From the NCBI GenBank assembly GCA_965223265.1, contig OZ244999.1:4576001-4640000 (forward strand): a stretch of DNA of 64,000 bases, in the 5' to 3' direction. A program made the position numbers and the translations under genes. The notes beneath the pieces are model-generated. The model ran no database searches. It saw only the letters and a list, made by a program, of their open reading frames with translations, and was not told the DNA's origin. Positions 63,801 to 64,000 of this stretch are shown piece by piece (position 1 is the stretch's first letter; each line of letters opens with the position of its first letter). The DNA is from Planctomycetota bacterium. Its GTDB lineage: Bacteria > Planctomycetota > UBA8108 > SXIK01.

Positions 63801-63999
63801 ACTGATCCGGAAACGCTCCAGCCAGAAAATCCTCGTGAAGGCTGAAACGACGAACGTTCTGAAACACCGCTGGGATCAAGCTCCCGTCGTCACCACGCGC
63901 CGGCACCACGTACTTCGTGAAGCGACCAAGGCTCGAGGGGATCGAGACGTTGACGAAATCGAACTCTGTACAGATGTGCGACAGAAAGTCCTCTCTGAA
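60853..63999 (-). CDS. Same family, copy 4 (5' part outside the window)
   Basis: Frame open to the window edge (FREDFLSHICTEFDFVNVSIPSSLGRFTK...); module nearly identical to copies 1 and 2. Confidence 0.85.
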   Translation of the reverse strand, partial: FREDFLSHICTEFDFVNVSIPSSLGRFTKYVVPARGDDGSLIPAVFQNVRRFSLHEDFLAGAFPDQFPTRPQGEEYDQLVGRRATRDYYVGSIARRRGSGGIEYAFTVFADTGSDASEVLSESEVESVYLELKGAFDLELLGYEPDTQLAKEAASSWSDPAFPILTEPTPELEYEAYTLGVGYGRVRVFTLEEFESANSQGLFTFQDIVVVETAPQDVEGVIGGFVTGSIQGPLSHVAVRTARRGTPNAFVLGAVEEFSRFAGELVRLEVGEVTYLVEPASVSEAEEFWRENQPSLPRLAGTDREYGGFDHLLDMDLEGVVNPVSRFGGKATNLARLQRVLTGEYAEFQEAGFGIPMRYYVEFMESNRVAIEGRDLSYQEYLTELLSSEEFKSDSSVRFRVLDEFRDFVRDRGEVSPALVAGLVGRIEEVFGSRALMVRFRSSSNVEDALEFNGAGLYESTSACAADTLDPASPDSSHCDATRDNERTIERALKKVWSSLWTFRAHEERTFFQIPPEAATMGLLVNRAFLDEAANGVAFTGNPQNVRDRRYMITAQVGEESVVSPAAGVSVERNFLEVVEGEVVRIVRDRSSSLVGAGEVVLTEEQLGDLGSLMWHVDTNFPLDLEGYPREQVLLDFEFKVEPDGSLAVKQVRPFLIPETVVPSPAFELLVPEGTVLCGVFSADRTGRDPQVEYELKSEVRLRAGVHELVTSSESFSGELIESVRFGPEQEEAQAVAAGLYRVARVAEGGGVTLYRFSYEQEFTLMGGESYVVQLLGVELRGAGSRALEERFLVDEEFLRFSLVSTGSLAGEPLVSYSSCSDGLLPRWELSLETASGARIDLVERFLPPEGRLLTGPASLQRASVVFGGGESVVVSDYWQLVYSARRHNVDVRYWVVLDPEISVAGLDRAVRVVEVEAPDPVLPGEAPEVAQVRYLDGSYALIAEEAATFYEKGERSESLFQRGDVEADGTLALGDALTLLNYLFRRGAAPSCVKTADVDDDGRVTVSDAVKLLLHLFAGGAAPEPPQNCGVDSSADALSCQYYEVCE

Positions 64000-64000
64000 A

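Noticed and set aside
43814-63999. Annotating the giant genes as PEP synthase (ppsA) or rifampin phosphotransferase
   Set aside because: Domain order is reversed (His motif before the ATP-grasp), no pyruvate-binding domain is recognisable, and the proteins look exported.

Overview
High-GC bacterial chromosome segment, probably Planctomycetota (inferred from gene order, the dockerin-like C-terminal domains, FG-GAP proteins and GTAG-type REPs). 1-15.3 kb is core: rpoB, rplL, rplJ, rplA, rplK, nusG, secE, tRNA-Trp, tuf, tRNA-Thr/Gly/Tyr/Thr, cysS, ispF, ispD, dgt. 15.5-29.7 kb is mixed accessory: an RlmJ-like gene, a four-helix-bundle gene wrapped in microsatellites and REPs, a Ni/Co ECF transporter split by a MITE, a signal peptidase paralog lacking its catalytic dyad, amt, FGE-domain and HEAT proteins. 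29.7-37.4 kb is a 7.6-kb island in tRNA-Gly(CCC) with a tyrosine integrase, a serine recombinase and a second, probably anti-phage, dGTPase; unusually it duplicates the 5' half of the tRNA and appears to supply a replacement promoter. 43.8-64 kb is a tandem array of at least four ~1,850-aa predicted secreted proteins: variable FG-GAP propellers, a phospho-His motif plus PPDK-type ATP-grasp domain in the order seen in glucan,water dikinases, and a dockerin-like tail, with a near-identical, mosaic catalytic module. This array and the 5'-half tRNA island are the best novelty candidates. All calls are from reading motifs by eye; no database searches were run.
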